From positions 1-64,000 of the IMG/VR virus record IMGVR_UViG_2563366977_000001: a stretch of 64,000 nt of DNA; one strand, 5' to 3'. Both the position numbers and the translations under genes were made by a program. Shown in pieces: positions 20,337 to 29,307 of this stretch. Positions within the stretch are counted from its first letter, which is position 1; each line of letters starts with the position of its first letter. Source of the DNA: a virus (lineage: Duplodnaviria; Heunggongvirae; Uroviricota; Caudoviricetes). The notes beneath the pieces were generated by a model that searched no databases, was not told where the DNA came from, and was given only the letters and a program-made list of their open reading frames with translations.

Positions 20337-21131
20337 TTATGGTTCCTTTTTAGTGTTGCTTTGGAGCGCATCGATCACACCTTGTGGCATGATCAAACTG
20401 ATTGCCGGACTCATTACTTCATCGCCCAGTAGAGAACCGGTTAACGTAATAGCTACAGCATTCTCCAGTCCCTGTTTGGCTTTTCCGGTAGAGTCCTTAA
20501 CTTGCTGTACAAGTGTTGAGAGACTACTGCTCGTGTTGTTTATTGCATTTATTTGTTCTGTTGCTGCTTCCACAGCGTCTTTTAGTGCTTTGATCTCTTC
20601 TTCTGTTAGTGCTGGTTGCTGTGTTGTTCCGGTGGAACTTCCGTTGCCTGAAGCCTCCCCGCTTGACGCCTGAACTTTTGCATTTATAGCGGTCATGGCT
20701 GAAGTGATTGGCACCAGTTCAAATGCTGCCAACGCGTCAATAAGCGATTGCGGATGCAGGGTATCTCCCATAACTGTTACGAGAGCAAATTCTGGCGCAG
20801 GAGATAACTCATTACCTTTGACGTAACATTCCCAGCCAATTTTCATCTGAAGTAATTCAGTTGGCGAAGTATACGGAGACAGCGAGTCGGCTAAATTGGT
20901 TGCTTCTGCACTGACAGTTTTCAGTTGTTCTGAAAAGACAGAAAGCTGATTGACCCATGAAACCACCGACGCCGGGTATGCTTTATCCTTCAGGATAAGA
21001 GCCTGGATATTCTCTTCCAGAGAACTGGCATTGGATGACGCTGTTTTACTTAGCGTGATAGATGCAGGCGTAGTTGTGCCTGATGCATTTAGAATTTTGA
21101 ATGCATTAACTTCAGCGATTGAATCAAGCAT
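20337..21131 (-). CDS. hypothetical protein
   Basis: Track ORF, 264 aa, S/T/A-rich. Confidence 0.3.
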   Translation of the reverse strand: MLDSIAEVNAFKILNASGTTTPASITLSKTASSNASSLEENIQALILKDKAYPASVVSWVNQLSVFSEQLKTVSAEATNLADSLSPYTSPTELLQMKIGWECYVKGNELSPAPEFALVTVMGDTLHPQSLIDALAAFELVPITSAMTAINAKVQASSGEASGNGSSTGTTQQPALTEEEIKALKDAVEAATEQINAINNTSSSLSTLVQQVKDSTGKAKQGLENAVAITLTGSLLGDEVMSPAISLIMPQGVIDALQSNTKKEP

Positions 21132-21415
21132 TATGACACCTGAAAAATTGCCTCACCATTGGCGATGACTGAGCCACAAGAAAGGGGATCTCCCACACAA
21201 ACAACTCCTTTCCCGCCTATTGCAAACCATGAGCGTGTCGATACGGCTGATCCGGGGTGCGCGCTATTTCCGTCTGTATGGCTGGGGAACGCTCCCCCAT
21301 CTACAACCACTGGCTTTCCATTTACGGTAAACCAGGAAACTGTTTCTGCTACAGGTCGCGGAGGGAATCCTCCATGACCAGAACAAACTGTGTCACTGGT
21401 CGCTATTGCACTCAT
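21131..21415 (-). CDS. PAAR-like spike-tip protein
   Basis: 94 aa, Gly/His-rich with GHGG and repeated V.VGD/G.P-type motifs characteristic of PAAR domains. Confidence 0.4.
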   Translation of the reverse strand: MSAIATSDTVCSGHGGFPPRPVAETVSWFTVNGKPVVVDGGAFPSHTDGNSAHPGSAVSTRSWFAIGGKGVVCVGDPLSCGSVIANGEAIFQVS

Positions 21416-21439
21416 CTAACACCTCCTTTTTCTTAAATC

Positions 21440-21600
21440 TTCTCCACTTTGTGATTTTCACTCTTCAGATTTCTTACTTCTCATATTTGTCTCTGATTTG
21501 TCTCAAACTGGTATCGTGGGCACATCATGTATCATCTAAGTCTCTTTTGTGTCTCTCTTGCGTCTCTAGTTTGATGCTTTTTACGCTATCTAACTTCTGG
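21440..21600. promoter_or_regulatory. parC-like centromere/promoter with TTTGTCTC / TGTCTCT direct repeats upstream of parM
   Basis: atttgtctctgatttgtctcaa ... tcttttgtgtctctcttgcgtctctag. Confidence 0.45.
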
Positions 21601-21664
21601 TCTTATTTTGTTTTCTCATATAAAATTCAATTCTTTCTCAAATGTGTCTCAGAAGTGGAGCAAT

Positions 21665-22624
21665 ATGATGCGCATTTTTATCGACGATGGTTCTACCAAT
21701 ATCAAAATGCTGTGGGAACAAGACGGGGAAACTCGAACCCATATCTGTCCGAACAGTTTTAAACGTGGATGGTCCGCCACATTTGGCGCAGGAAAGCCGT
21801 TTAACTACATCATTGATGACGAAAAATATTCATATGACTTGATCTCGCCGGATGTGCTGCCGACGAATAACGTTGAATGGCAATACAGCCCGCTTAATGT
21901 GCTTGCTGTTCATCATGCCCTGCTTACAAGTGGCATTGAGCCTCAAGAAGTGGAAATAGTTGTCACGTTGCCACTGGCAGAGTTTTATGACGACGACGCA
22001 CAATACAACATGAAAAATATTGAGCGGAAAAAGGCCAGCCTGATGCGACCAGTCACCCTTAACAAAGGTCAGGTTTTTACTATCAAAAAAGTGACTGTGC
22101 GCCCGGAGTCAATACCCGCAGGGATCGGTCTGTGCGACAGCCTTGTGCCAGCGCATTCTGTGCTTATTGTTGATCTTGGTGGGACTACTCTGGATGTGTC
22201 GATGGTCGCCGGGCAAATGACCGCCGTTTCTCGCGTATTTGGCGATTCTAATCTCGGCGTTTCGCTGGTAACTAAAGAGGTCAGACAGGCACTTGCAAAA
22301 GCGAATACCGAAACCTCTAATTATAATGTCGATCAATTAATCATTAATCGTGATGATGAGGATTATTTGACCGACAATATTAACGATCCGTCTGCTATTG
22401 ATGATGTTAAGAAAGCCATTTCGTCAAGCATAGAACGACTCCGTACACGCGTACTGGATGTGATCAGTGATTTCAAAGGATACACGCATGTTATGGTCAT
22501 TGGTGGCGGCGCGCCGCTTGTTGCTGATGCTATCCGTGAGCAGGTAAACATTCGTGACGATAGGTTTTTCGTTGCTGATGATCCACAACTTGCTCTTGTC
22601 TATGGTCTAAAATCTATCGGTTGA
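21665..22624 (+). CDS. parM: actin-like plasmid segregation ATPase ParM/StbA
   Basis: MMRIFIDDGSTNIKMLW start and overall similarity to R1 ParM as I recall it; GGAG Shine-Dalgarno 4 nt upstream of ATG 21665. Track ORF starts earlier at 21608. Confidence 0.85.
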   Translation: MMRIFIDDGSTNIKMLWEQDGETRTHICPNSFKRGWSATFGAGKPFNYIIDDEKYSYDLISPDVLPTNNVEWQYSPLNVLAVHHALLTSGIEPQEVEIVVTLPLAEFYDDDAQYNMKNIERKKASLMRPVTLNKGQVFTIKKVTVRPESIPAGIGLCDSLVPAHSVLIVDLGGTTLDVSMVAGQMTAVSRVFGDSNLGVSLVTKEVRQALAKANTETSNYNVDQLIINRDDEDYLTDNINDPSAIDDVKKAISSSIERLRTRVLDVISDFKGYTHVMVIGGGAPLVADAIREQVNIRDDRFFVADDPQLALVYGLKSIG

Positions 22625-22634
22625 TGAGGTTGCC

Positions 22635-23000
22635 ATGTCTCAGGAACGTCGAAAAGTATTGTTTTATCTTCGTCCTGGTCTTAACGCCAGTGAGCAATAT
22701 GCTGATGCAAAACTTGAGGGCCATCCATTAAGAGATCGCAATGATATGGCGCGCACAGCGATGCTTGCAGGTATCGCTCTTGGCGAGGTTGATAGCAGAT
22801 TACCTCCCATGTTGGCATCGCTTTTATCCGGTGATAATAGCCCTGAAGTGATCAGAAAAATGCTGGTTTCATTTCTTGAAATTTCGCCTGAAGTTCGGGA
22901 AAACCCTGAAGGAAACCCCTCTGCCTCAGCGGATGTTAAAAAACCTGGCGTTTCGAAAAGCCGCTCTGCACAGAATTTGGCAAACTCACTCCCTGATTAA
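22635..23000 (+). CDS. parR: ParR/StbB-like centromere-binding protein
   Basis: 121 aa immediately downstream of parM; N-terminal RRKVLFYLRP resembles the ParR ribbon-helix-helix region. Confidence 0.55.
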   Translation: MSQERRKVLFYLRPGLNASEQYADAKLEGHPLRDRNDMARTAMLAGIALGEVDSRLPPMLASLLSGDNSPEVIRKMLVSFLEISPEVRENPEGNPSASADVKKPGVSKSRSAQNLANSLPD

Positions 23001-23015
23001 CAAATCTACATCTTC

Positions 23016-23040
23016 AAAGGCTGCAATTTGCAGCCTTTTT
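23016..23040 (+). terminator. rho-independent terminator after parMR
   Basis: aaaggctgcaaatttgcagcctttttta: GC stem followed by a T-run. Confidence 0.6.
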
Positions 23041-23059
23041 TATACTGTTATGGTTCTAA

Positions 23060-23130
23060 TTTGGTGCTGTTTTAGTACCAAAACGGTGTTGTTGTGGTGC
23101 TGTTTTGTGTCTGGTTCCACTTTGAGGCTG
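23060..23130. repeat. parS-like repeats (TAGTACCAAAACGGTGTTGTTG / GGTGCTGTTTT) upstream of parA
   Basis: A related copy (tagtaccagaatggtgttgttag) lies downstream of the operon near 24255-24300. Confidence 0.45.
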
Positions 23131-23285
23131 ATTTCGTGTTAAACAGGATGCAACAGAGGGCAAATTTCGAGTGTTTAGTGTTATACTTTTGCAAAGCATA
23201 GTGACTCCACTATAGAGCCAAAACCGCATCAATAAGGCTTCTGTTTGGAGCCATTTTGATACCAAAATAACACCGAGGGACGGAT

Positions 23286-23927
23286 ATGATTATATTGGTA
23301 GCCAGCCAAAAAGGTGGCTGTGGCAAATCAACCACCAGCGTAAACATTTGTGCGGAGCTTGCCCGCGCAAATAAGGACGTAGTTCTACTTGATGCAGATA
23401 AGCAAGGAACATCTGCCCGTTGGGCATCGGACCGTAATGCGGCAGAGGTTTCTCCAGTAATTCATTGCGTCCAGAAGTTTGGGAATATTCGTGAAACACT
23501 TCTTGATCTGGACAAGCGTTATGAATTTGTGGTTGTTGATACCGCTGGTCGTGATAGCAAAGAGATGCGCACCGGTATTACTGCGGCGGATGTTTTGCTT
23601 GTTCCATTCAGGCCATCTCAGCCAGATTTAGACACGCTGGCGCATTTTGTTGAAGTCTTTGAAGAGGCTTTGGATCTGATGCCTAATCCTAGCATTAAGG
23701 CGTGCGCAGTTTTAACAATGGCCCCATCCAATCCGGTTGTGAATGAAGCCAATGAGGCCAAAGAGTACCTGGCTGAATATCCGCAACTGAAGTTGCTGAA
23801 AACCATCATTCGCGATCGCAAGGTTTACCGCGATTGTATGGCTGAAGGGAAGGGCGTTGTTGAGATGGACAACGGGAAAGCTAAAGGTGAAATCCAGATG
23901 TTGGTTAAGGAGTTATTAAGTGATTAA
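23286..23927 (+). CDS. parA: ParA-family partition ATPase (small, type Ib)
   Basis: Deviant Walker A KGGCGKST near the N-terminus; 213 aa. Confidence 0.85.
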   Translation: MIILVASQKGGCGKSTTSVNICAELARANKDVVLLDADKQGTSARWASDRNAAEVSPVIHCVQKFGNIRETLLDLDKRYEFVVVDTAGRDSKEMRTGITAADVLLVPFRPSQPDLDTLAHFVEVFEEALDLMPNPSIKACAVLTMAPSNPVVNEANEAKEYLAEYPQLKLLKTIIRDRKVYRDCMAEGKGVVEMDNGKAKGEIQMLVKELLSD

Positions 23928-24207
23928 GCCTCGTAAATCGGTAAAAGCCCCCGAAGTAAAAGACCTCGATCTTGAACGCCGAATTGAGGCTTTTGCCAGC
24001 AAAGCTGATTTGGTGCCGGGTGAGCAACCAGAAGACAACAAAGTGCTCGATAAGGACGCCCCACGTGATTTTAAATCCATTCGTGTTGGCTTCAATGAAT
24101 ACGAGTACCAGGTACTTGATGCGTTAAGCAAAAAGCATAATCGCAGCAAATTGAATATGATCCGCCATGCTATCCTCATGCTTGCAGAGTCTGAGGATAC
24201 AAAATGA
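23920..24207 (+). CDS. ParG/ParB-like small centromere-binding protein
   Basis: 95 aa overlapping the parA stop; C-terminal region resembles an RHH fold (NRSKLNMIRHAILML). Confidence 0.5.
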   Translation: MIKPRKSVKAPEVKDLDLERRIEAFASKADLVPGEQPEDNKVLDKDAPRDFKSIRVGFNEYEYQVLDALSKKHNRSKLNMIRHAILMLAESEDTK

Positions 24208-24342
24208 CGCCGGAATGACACCGTTTTGGTTCCATGTGTTATTTTGAGGCTACTTTGATTCCTTTTTAGTACCAGAATGGTGTTGTTAGTGTACCGTAAC
24301 GGTGCTTGTTTGATGTTATAAAAGCCCCATATGGGGCTTTTC

Positions 24343-25377
24343 TTAATTAAGTGTGGCTATAATGTCGTTAGCTATCATTCGCGTTGATGCTTTACAGGAT
24401 ACAGAGCGACGGGATGGCATAGGATACACCTTGAAGCCATTGCCAACGTAAAGTTCGCGAATGTTAGGCGCACCACTGTTTGTTATCACAATTTTCGCTC
24501 CGCGTCTGTGGGCATCCACCAGCAGTGACACCAGCCGTTGTTGATCTTCAAACCTAAAGCTATGCCCTGAGTAATTTGTAAATCCGGTAGTGTCGGGCAA
24601 TGGTTCATAGGGGGGATCGCAGAAAATCACATCATCATTCCCGGCAGCCTCAATTACACCAGCAAAATCGCCGGACACAAATTCCGAATACTTTGAAATA
24701 TCGTCAGCCAGGAACGCCTCCATTTCCGCGAGAGGGAAGTGGGGTGATTTCTGCTTTCCATATCCGACGTTGAACTCTCCTTTACGGTTATAGCGAGTGA
24801 CGCCATTAAAACAATGACGATTGAGATACAGGAACGCCGCTGCATGGTGAAGGGAATCATAAGCACCATTGTTGAATGCATTGCGAACATTCAAAAATGC
24901 ATCAGCAGAGTTGTAATCCTGAAAAAAACGATATGCCAGTGTGATAAGAGAATGCCCTTCACGCTGCAATGTCTGATAGAAGTTAATCAGGTCATTATTG
25001 ATATCGTTCAGCAGGTTGCTTTTAAATCCGGCATTAGTGAAAACAGCGCCACCTCCAACGAAAGGTTCTATCAACCGTTTTCCGTGGGGCAGGTGTTCGA
25101 AGATAATGGGCAGTGCAGAAAATTTGCCGCCGACCCACTTAAAGACTGGGCGATCAAATTCGTCCTCCGAGCGAATACGTCGCATATGGCTGATAGTGGC
25201 TTCCGCCGCAGGACGATGATTGTCGCTATAAGAAATAAATTTAGCACCAATATCAGCCACGGATTCCCTCCTTATTTGCTTCAAATACAGCTCTTGCAAA
25301 ACCGTAAGGTGTCGCGCTACGAAAATTCGCTCTTTCAGGCCCTGGCGGTGCCTTGTGTATTCGGTTATCTGGATCAC
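24343..25377 (-). CDS. dam: DNA adenine methyltransferase (Dam family)
   Basis: FKWVGGK, FVGGGAVF (motif I) and DPPY (motif IV), colinear with E. coli Dam. True start may be the internal Met (MRRIRSEDEFDRPVFKWVGGK) near 25185. Confidence 0.8.
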   Translation of the reverse strand: MIQITEYTRHRQGLKERIFVARHLTVLQELYLKQIRRESVADIGAKFISYSDNHRPAAEATISHMRRIRSEDEFDRPVFKWVGGKFSALPIIFEHLPHGKRLIEPFVGGGAVFTNAGFKSNLLNDINNDLINFYQTLQREGHSLITLAYRFFQDYNSADAFLNVRNAFNNGAYDSLHHAAAFLYLNRHCFNGVTRYNRKGEFNVGYGKQKSPHFPLAEMEAFLADDISKYSEFVSGDFAGVIEAAGNDDVIFCDPPYEPLPDTTGFTNYSGHSFRFEDQQRLVSLLVDAHRRGAKIVITNSGAPNIRELYVGNGFKVYPMPSRRSVSCKASTRMIANDIIATLN

Positions 25378-26059
25378 CTAACGACTTGTCGATTCGCGGA
25401 GTTGGCATGATGAATCCTTGTCCGCTCCACAGGCATGTTTTTTTGGTGTAATTGTCTTCCTTGCAATATGCAGTGAAGTGATAAGGATGGAATATGTGAT
25501 CAGGTTTACGCCAGAATGTCGATATTTGGCTGACCGGGTTTTCAATCATGTACGGGCAACCAATCATCTTTGCAATGTCGTAACACTGCCAGACAACCTG
25601 CATTGCTTTGAACTGGAAAACCGGATCTTTTTTTGCTTTATCTGCGAACCAGCGTGCGCCAGATACAGCCAGGTCAGTACATGGAGGGAAACCGGCTAAA
25701 AATACAACTCTGTGCAAATTTTTCCGAAGGAAATTGTAGACCTCATCACTGTCAATAATTGCGCTGATACGTGTGAGTACAGCACCTGACTCCATCAATT
25801 GGCTGCCGGACTCCTGGTGTTGCGGATCGACAATGACTGCATCAATGCCGTGTTCCAGCCAGGGGGAAACCATATTCCCTGTATAATCACAAAGACTCAC
25901 CGCCAGCGGTCGGTTATTAATGCTCTGCTTCACCGCCAATGGCCTCCACCAGCGAGCTAAACATCGCGGATAATTCGCTTGTGAACAGAATGAAGTCAGC
26001 ATCAAATCGCTGGGCAACATCTTCACGGTCGATGTCATCGTTCTGGTCATAGAGATCAT
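25253..26059 (-). CDS. C5-cytosine methyltransferase-like protein (short)
   Basis: GFPPCTDLAVSG (PCQ-like motif IV) and IENPV (ENV-like motif VI). Track ORF overlaps rdgC; the real start is probably downstream of 25917. Confidence 0.4.
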   Translation of the reverse strand: MISMTRTMTSTVKMLPSDLMLTSFCSQANYPRCLARWWRPLAVKQSINNRPLAVSLCDYTGNMVSPWLEHGIDAVIVDPQHQESGSQLMESGAVLTRISAIIDSDEVYNFLRKNLHRVVFLAGFPPCTDLAVSGARWFADKAKKDPVFQFKAMQVVWQCYDIAKMIGCPYMIENPVSQISTFWRKPDHIFHPYHFTAYCKEDNYTKKTCLWSGQGFIMPTPRIDKSLGDPDNRIHKAPPGPERANFRSATPYGFARAVFEANKEGIRG

Positions 26060-26822
26060 CGCAAAACGTCAGTGCTTTGATGCTCATATCATCGTTTAAC
26101 CTGAAGGTCGCGCGGTCCTGCCAGTTGATTGCAACTGTTGTTGCAACTTTTCCGGCTTCAATATGAGTCATTATTTCCTCTGACTGTAGGTCTACTTTCT
26201 TGCAACGAACTGCGCTGCCGTCATCGAACAGAGATTTCAATATGGCTTCTTCACCTGCTTTAAAGCCTTGAGGAAATGTTGACTTGAACCATTCGGTCAT
26301 AGTCATTTCGAGCGGTTCTATCGGCGTGAATGGAATCACCGGAAGGCTGCCAAGTGATTTACGTAAGAGCGCCAGCATTTCTTCTGCTTTTCTGGCGCTG
26401 GAAGCTTCCACGAAGACCAGATAGTTGTCGCGATCAATAAGGATTCGCGACAATGATTTGCGAGTGAATGCGCGAGGTAACAAAGAGTGGAGAACTTCAT
26501 CCTTCAGGGTGTTTTTTTCCGACTTCTTCAGCTTACGAGATTGCTCATTTTCGAGCTTTTCCACTTTTTTCTGCACTTCCTCCTTAATGACATGAGAGGG
26601 CAGGAGCTTAATTTCTCGCTGTTGCTGGAGAAGTAGAAAACCGTGGTATTCATGGATCAGGTTGTCAGCCAGAACCGGCACCCATCCGACTTTTGCCATT
26701 TCTTGTGATGCGCATGGAGTGAATGTGAATTGGCTTAAGGCATCACTAACGGTGGTTGAGTCCAGTTTAATTTCGCGGGCAAGGCGATAGACGTATATGT
26801 TTTTAAAGGCGACTAATCTCAT
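25917..26822 (-). CDS. rdgC: recombination-associated protein RdgC
   Basis: Strong colinear similarity to E. coli RdgC as I recall it (KLKKSEKNTLKDEVLHSLLPRAF, LALLRKSLGSLPV, DIDREDVAQRFDADFIL). Start placed at MRLVAFKN; the track ORF extends upstream through the operator palindrome. Confidence 0.8.
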   Translation of the reverse strand: MRLVAFKNIYVYRLAREIKLDSTTVSDALSQFTFTPCASQEMAKVGWVPVLADNLIHEYHGFLLLQQQREIKLLPSHVIKEEVQKKVEKLENEQSRKLKKSEKNTLKDEVLHSLLPRAFTRKSLSRILIDRDNYLVFVEASSARKAEEMLALLRKSLGSLPVIPFTPIEPLEMTMTEWFKSTFPQGFKAGEEAILKSLFDDGSAVRCKKVDLQSEEIMTHIEAGKVATTVAINWQDRATFRLNDDMSIKALTFCDDLYDQNDDIDREDVAQRFDADFILFTSELSAMFSSLVEAIGGEAEH

Positions 26823-26827
26823 GTTTC

Positions 26828-26875
26828 GCAAAACTGTGTTAGAAAATGAAACTAAATTATCTAACACAGTTTTGC
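26828..26875. promoter_or_regulatory. perfect inverted repeat operator (15-bp arms GCAAAACTGTGTTAG / CTAACACAGTTTTGC) upstream of rdgC
   Basis: gcaaaactgtgttagaaaatgaaactaaattatctaacacagttttgc; contains the recurrent TGTTAGAAAAT core. Confidence 0.6.
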
Positions 26876-26881
26876 ATTTTG

Positions 26882-27559
26882 CTATCCCTTCACAAAGGAG
26901 AAATTGCTCGCTGTTGCTTTTAGCGCGCCACCAGCTTTCAGGGCTATATCACCATCAGCGGCGACGGTTACATTGCTGCCTTTTACATTAACGTCTCCAT
27001 CAGAGGATACATTGGTTTTGCTGCTTGATTTGACGTTAACCTCACCTCCAGCATTAAGCACTATATTCGCCGGGCCGATTATGTAAATCTGGCCGGATTC
27101 GTTCATCCCTATCCTTGATCCTGCGGCGGTGTTTGCTATTTCATAGCCACCGCCAGCCGTTCTTACCTCAAGGATATTGTTTCGGTGAATAACAAAATCT
27201 TCAGTCGCCGAAAACTGGGGGCGGGCAGGAGCACCATCAACTTCTTCTGGCGACCATCCACTTCCTTGTCCGGAGGCTTCCGGAGGCACATTTGGTACGC
27301 CTCCTGGGGCATCCTGCGCCGCGCCAACGATTAAAGGTCGGCGCGTGTCTATCCTGCCTTTAGCATCCAGATAAGGAAATTCGACCCAGACTAAATCGCC
27401 GCTGACTGTAGGTGTAAAGGCGTTACCGATAGGCATTTGATACTCTGCCCATGGGAGGTCTTCATCCGGTACACCGTTCCAGTCAGGCAGTATGCGGACC
27501 TGCGCTCGCATAAGTCCGGCAGGGTGTTTGGTCCCTACGATTTGCGCTCTGCGTTTCAC
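26882..27559 (-). CDS. baseplate central spike protein (gpV-like)
   Basis: 225 aa; N-terminal region typical of P2 gpV-like spikes (DLVWVEFPYLDAKGR) and a Gly-rich beta-helical C-terminus. Confidence 0.4.
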   Translation of the reverse strand: MKRRAQIVGTKHPAGLMRAQVRILPDWNGVPDEDLPWAEYQMPIGNAFTPTVSGDLVWVEFPYLDAKGRIDTRRPLIVGAAQDAPGGVPNVPPEASGQGSGWSPEEVDGAPARPQFSATEDFVIHRNNILEVRTAGGGYEIANTAAGSRIGMNESGQIYIIGPANIVLNAGGEVNVKSSSKTNVSSDGDVNVKGSNVTVAADGDIALKAGGALKATASNFSFVKG

Positions 27560-28536
27560 TGGTTGGGTACTCCTAATATCATTCGTGTTGTATAGCCGAT
27601 CCGGTCTTCAAAATGGGCTACGTTTTTCACCAGCAGCTTACGAGGCAACGATTCGTCCAGCTTATTTTCCTGGTCGTAACGATACACGAGGATCTCAATA
27701 ACCATTCCCGGCGTGATGTCGGGATTACCCGCGACCTCAATATCCATTTTGGGTACGAGCGACAATTGCATATTGCGCAGAGTTTCCATATCCGGATCGG
27801 ATATATAGCGTATTGGAAGTGAGCTATCGCCATATTCGACATAGCCTTCAGTCATTGAATAGCCGGTAAATCGATACTGAGTATTTGCCGTAACGGCATA
27901 CTCTTGCTGTATAAGCCTCATTTTTGAAATCGTGTATTCCGCCCTGGGGTTGTTCCCTTCATAGGTGAATGATGGTTTGGCTTTCATAAGGTCAGCTAAT
28001 GTATAAAAGTTAAACTGACCACGGCAGGCCCAGCATAAAGCGCCTTTGTCGCGGGCCATTTCAGATAGCATTTTGGAGGGTTTTTCCCCGGCGGAAAGAT
28101 GGTACGTACAGCTTCGTTTCAATGCGCTGGAGGCGATTTTCAGTGTACCGGTATACGTCTTGAAGATGGTATCAGGCGTTTTATTTGTATGCAGGTTAGC
28201 CCGTAGAGCGGGGATCTTAAATATCCGAACGTCTTCACTGACTGCAATGACCGTAATGACATCACCAGCCAGCACCGCAGATGTTACGAAAAAAGTTGTT
28301 TTAAACGTACCTGAATTGCCTTGTGGATCACCCATCTCTGCAACCAGTGCTGCGCCGTATTTTGTTTTCCAGTCATCAATTATGGTGCCGGTAATGTCGT
28401 GAATTTCCAGTTTCAGCAATGGTGCACGCAGGTTTGCCTTTTCCACATATACGGCAGTGAATATCCACTCCCTGGGCACTTTGTTTCCGTTGATGGTAAT
28501 GGACTGTAGAAAGTATTGCTGTAGCTCCTGGGACAT
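27556..28536 (-). CDS. tail/baseplate protein
   Basis: Track ORF, 326 aa, adjacent to the gpV-like gene with a 4-nt overlap. Confidence 0.3.
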   Translation of the reverse strand: MSQELQQYFLQSITINGNKVPREWIFTAVYVEKANLRAPLLKLEIHDITGTIIDDWKTKYGAALVAEMGDPQGNSGTFKTTFFVTSAVLAGDVITVIAVSEDVRIFKIPALRANLHTNKTPDTIFKTYTGTLKIASSALKRSCTYHLSAGEKPSKMLSEMARDKGALCWACRGQFNFYTLADLMKAKPSFTYEGNNPRAEYTISKMRLIQQEYAVTANTQYRFTGYSMTEGYVEYGDSSLPIRYISDPDMETLRNMQLSLVPKMDIEVAGNPDITPGMVIEILVYRYDQENKLDESLPRKLLVKNVAHFEDRIGYTTRMILGVPNQ

Positions 28537-28539
28537 GGC

Positions 28540-29307
28540 TTACCCCATTCTCAGAGAGGTTTCAGTAATAATTCGTTTCGCGTCCAGCTCCCAGGCGGTG
28601 ATCACGTCTGCTATAACACTAATTGCCGTTTGTGCAGCATAAATACGCTCTTCCCCAATTGGGGCTGAAACATCAGTAAAACTGATGTCTTTAGCATCCT
28701 GAATCGCGCAGATTAGCGGGACGGGTACTCGTACCAGCGGGGTTGTTGCTTCAAACTGCGTTCCTGCCATCAAGCGAAGACGTGCTCCTAGCGAATTACA
28801 CATCAGACTCATGGTCGCCTTATCCGTCGCCATTAACGTAACGTCATACGTCAGATTTGCCTGGGTGTATTCCAGGGCTACTAAAGGCATACCGCTGCCA
28901 GGTTCGCAGAAGTGATCACAGCTTTTGCGGTCTATCTGCTGGTCATTGTTGATATAGCTGATATCCATTGAGCGCGAGATATTAATCAGAGGGAGCGCAT
29001 CGCGATTAATGTTCGGATTCTCTGGCTTTCTCCCTTGCCCGGCATTAGCACGGCGAACCGCTTTAAGGAACTCGACCGCGTTATCAAAACGGGCAACATA
29101 AACACGCTCCGCTGGTGGGCGACTCAGGAATGATGCAAAGCGCCTTTCTTCTTTTGCTGGTTCCACCAGCGTTACGTCAGAAAAAATGTCGCTGATTAGC
29201 GTAGCAAAAGCGTTATCCACTCTTTCCAGACCAGTTGTCTGGAATTTTCCGGTACGCGTTGTCTGCCACTCGCCAATGCGGGACAGGAGAGTTTTGTTGG
29301 GTGTCAT
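28540..29307 (-). CDS. tail/baseplate protein
   Basis: Track ORF, 255 aa. Confidence 0.3.
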   Translation of the reverse strand: MTPNKTLLSRIGEWQTTRTGKFQTTGLERVDNAFATLISDIFSDVTLVEPAKEERRFASFLSRPPAERVYVARFDNAVEFLKAVRRANAGQGRKPENPNINRDALPLINISRSMDISYINNDQQIDRKSCDHFCEPGSGMPLVALEYTQANLTYDVTLMATDKATMSLMCNSLGARLRLMAGTQFEATTPLVRVPVPLICAIQDAKDISFTDVSAPIGEERIYAAQTAISVIADVITAWELDAKRIITETSLRMG

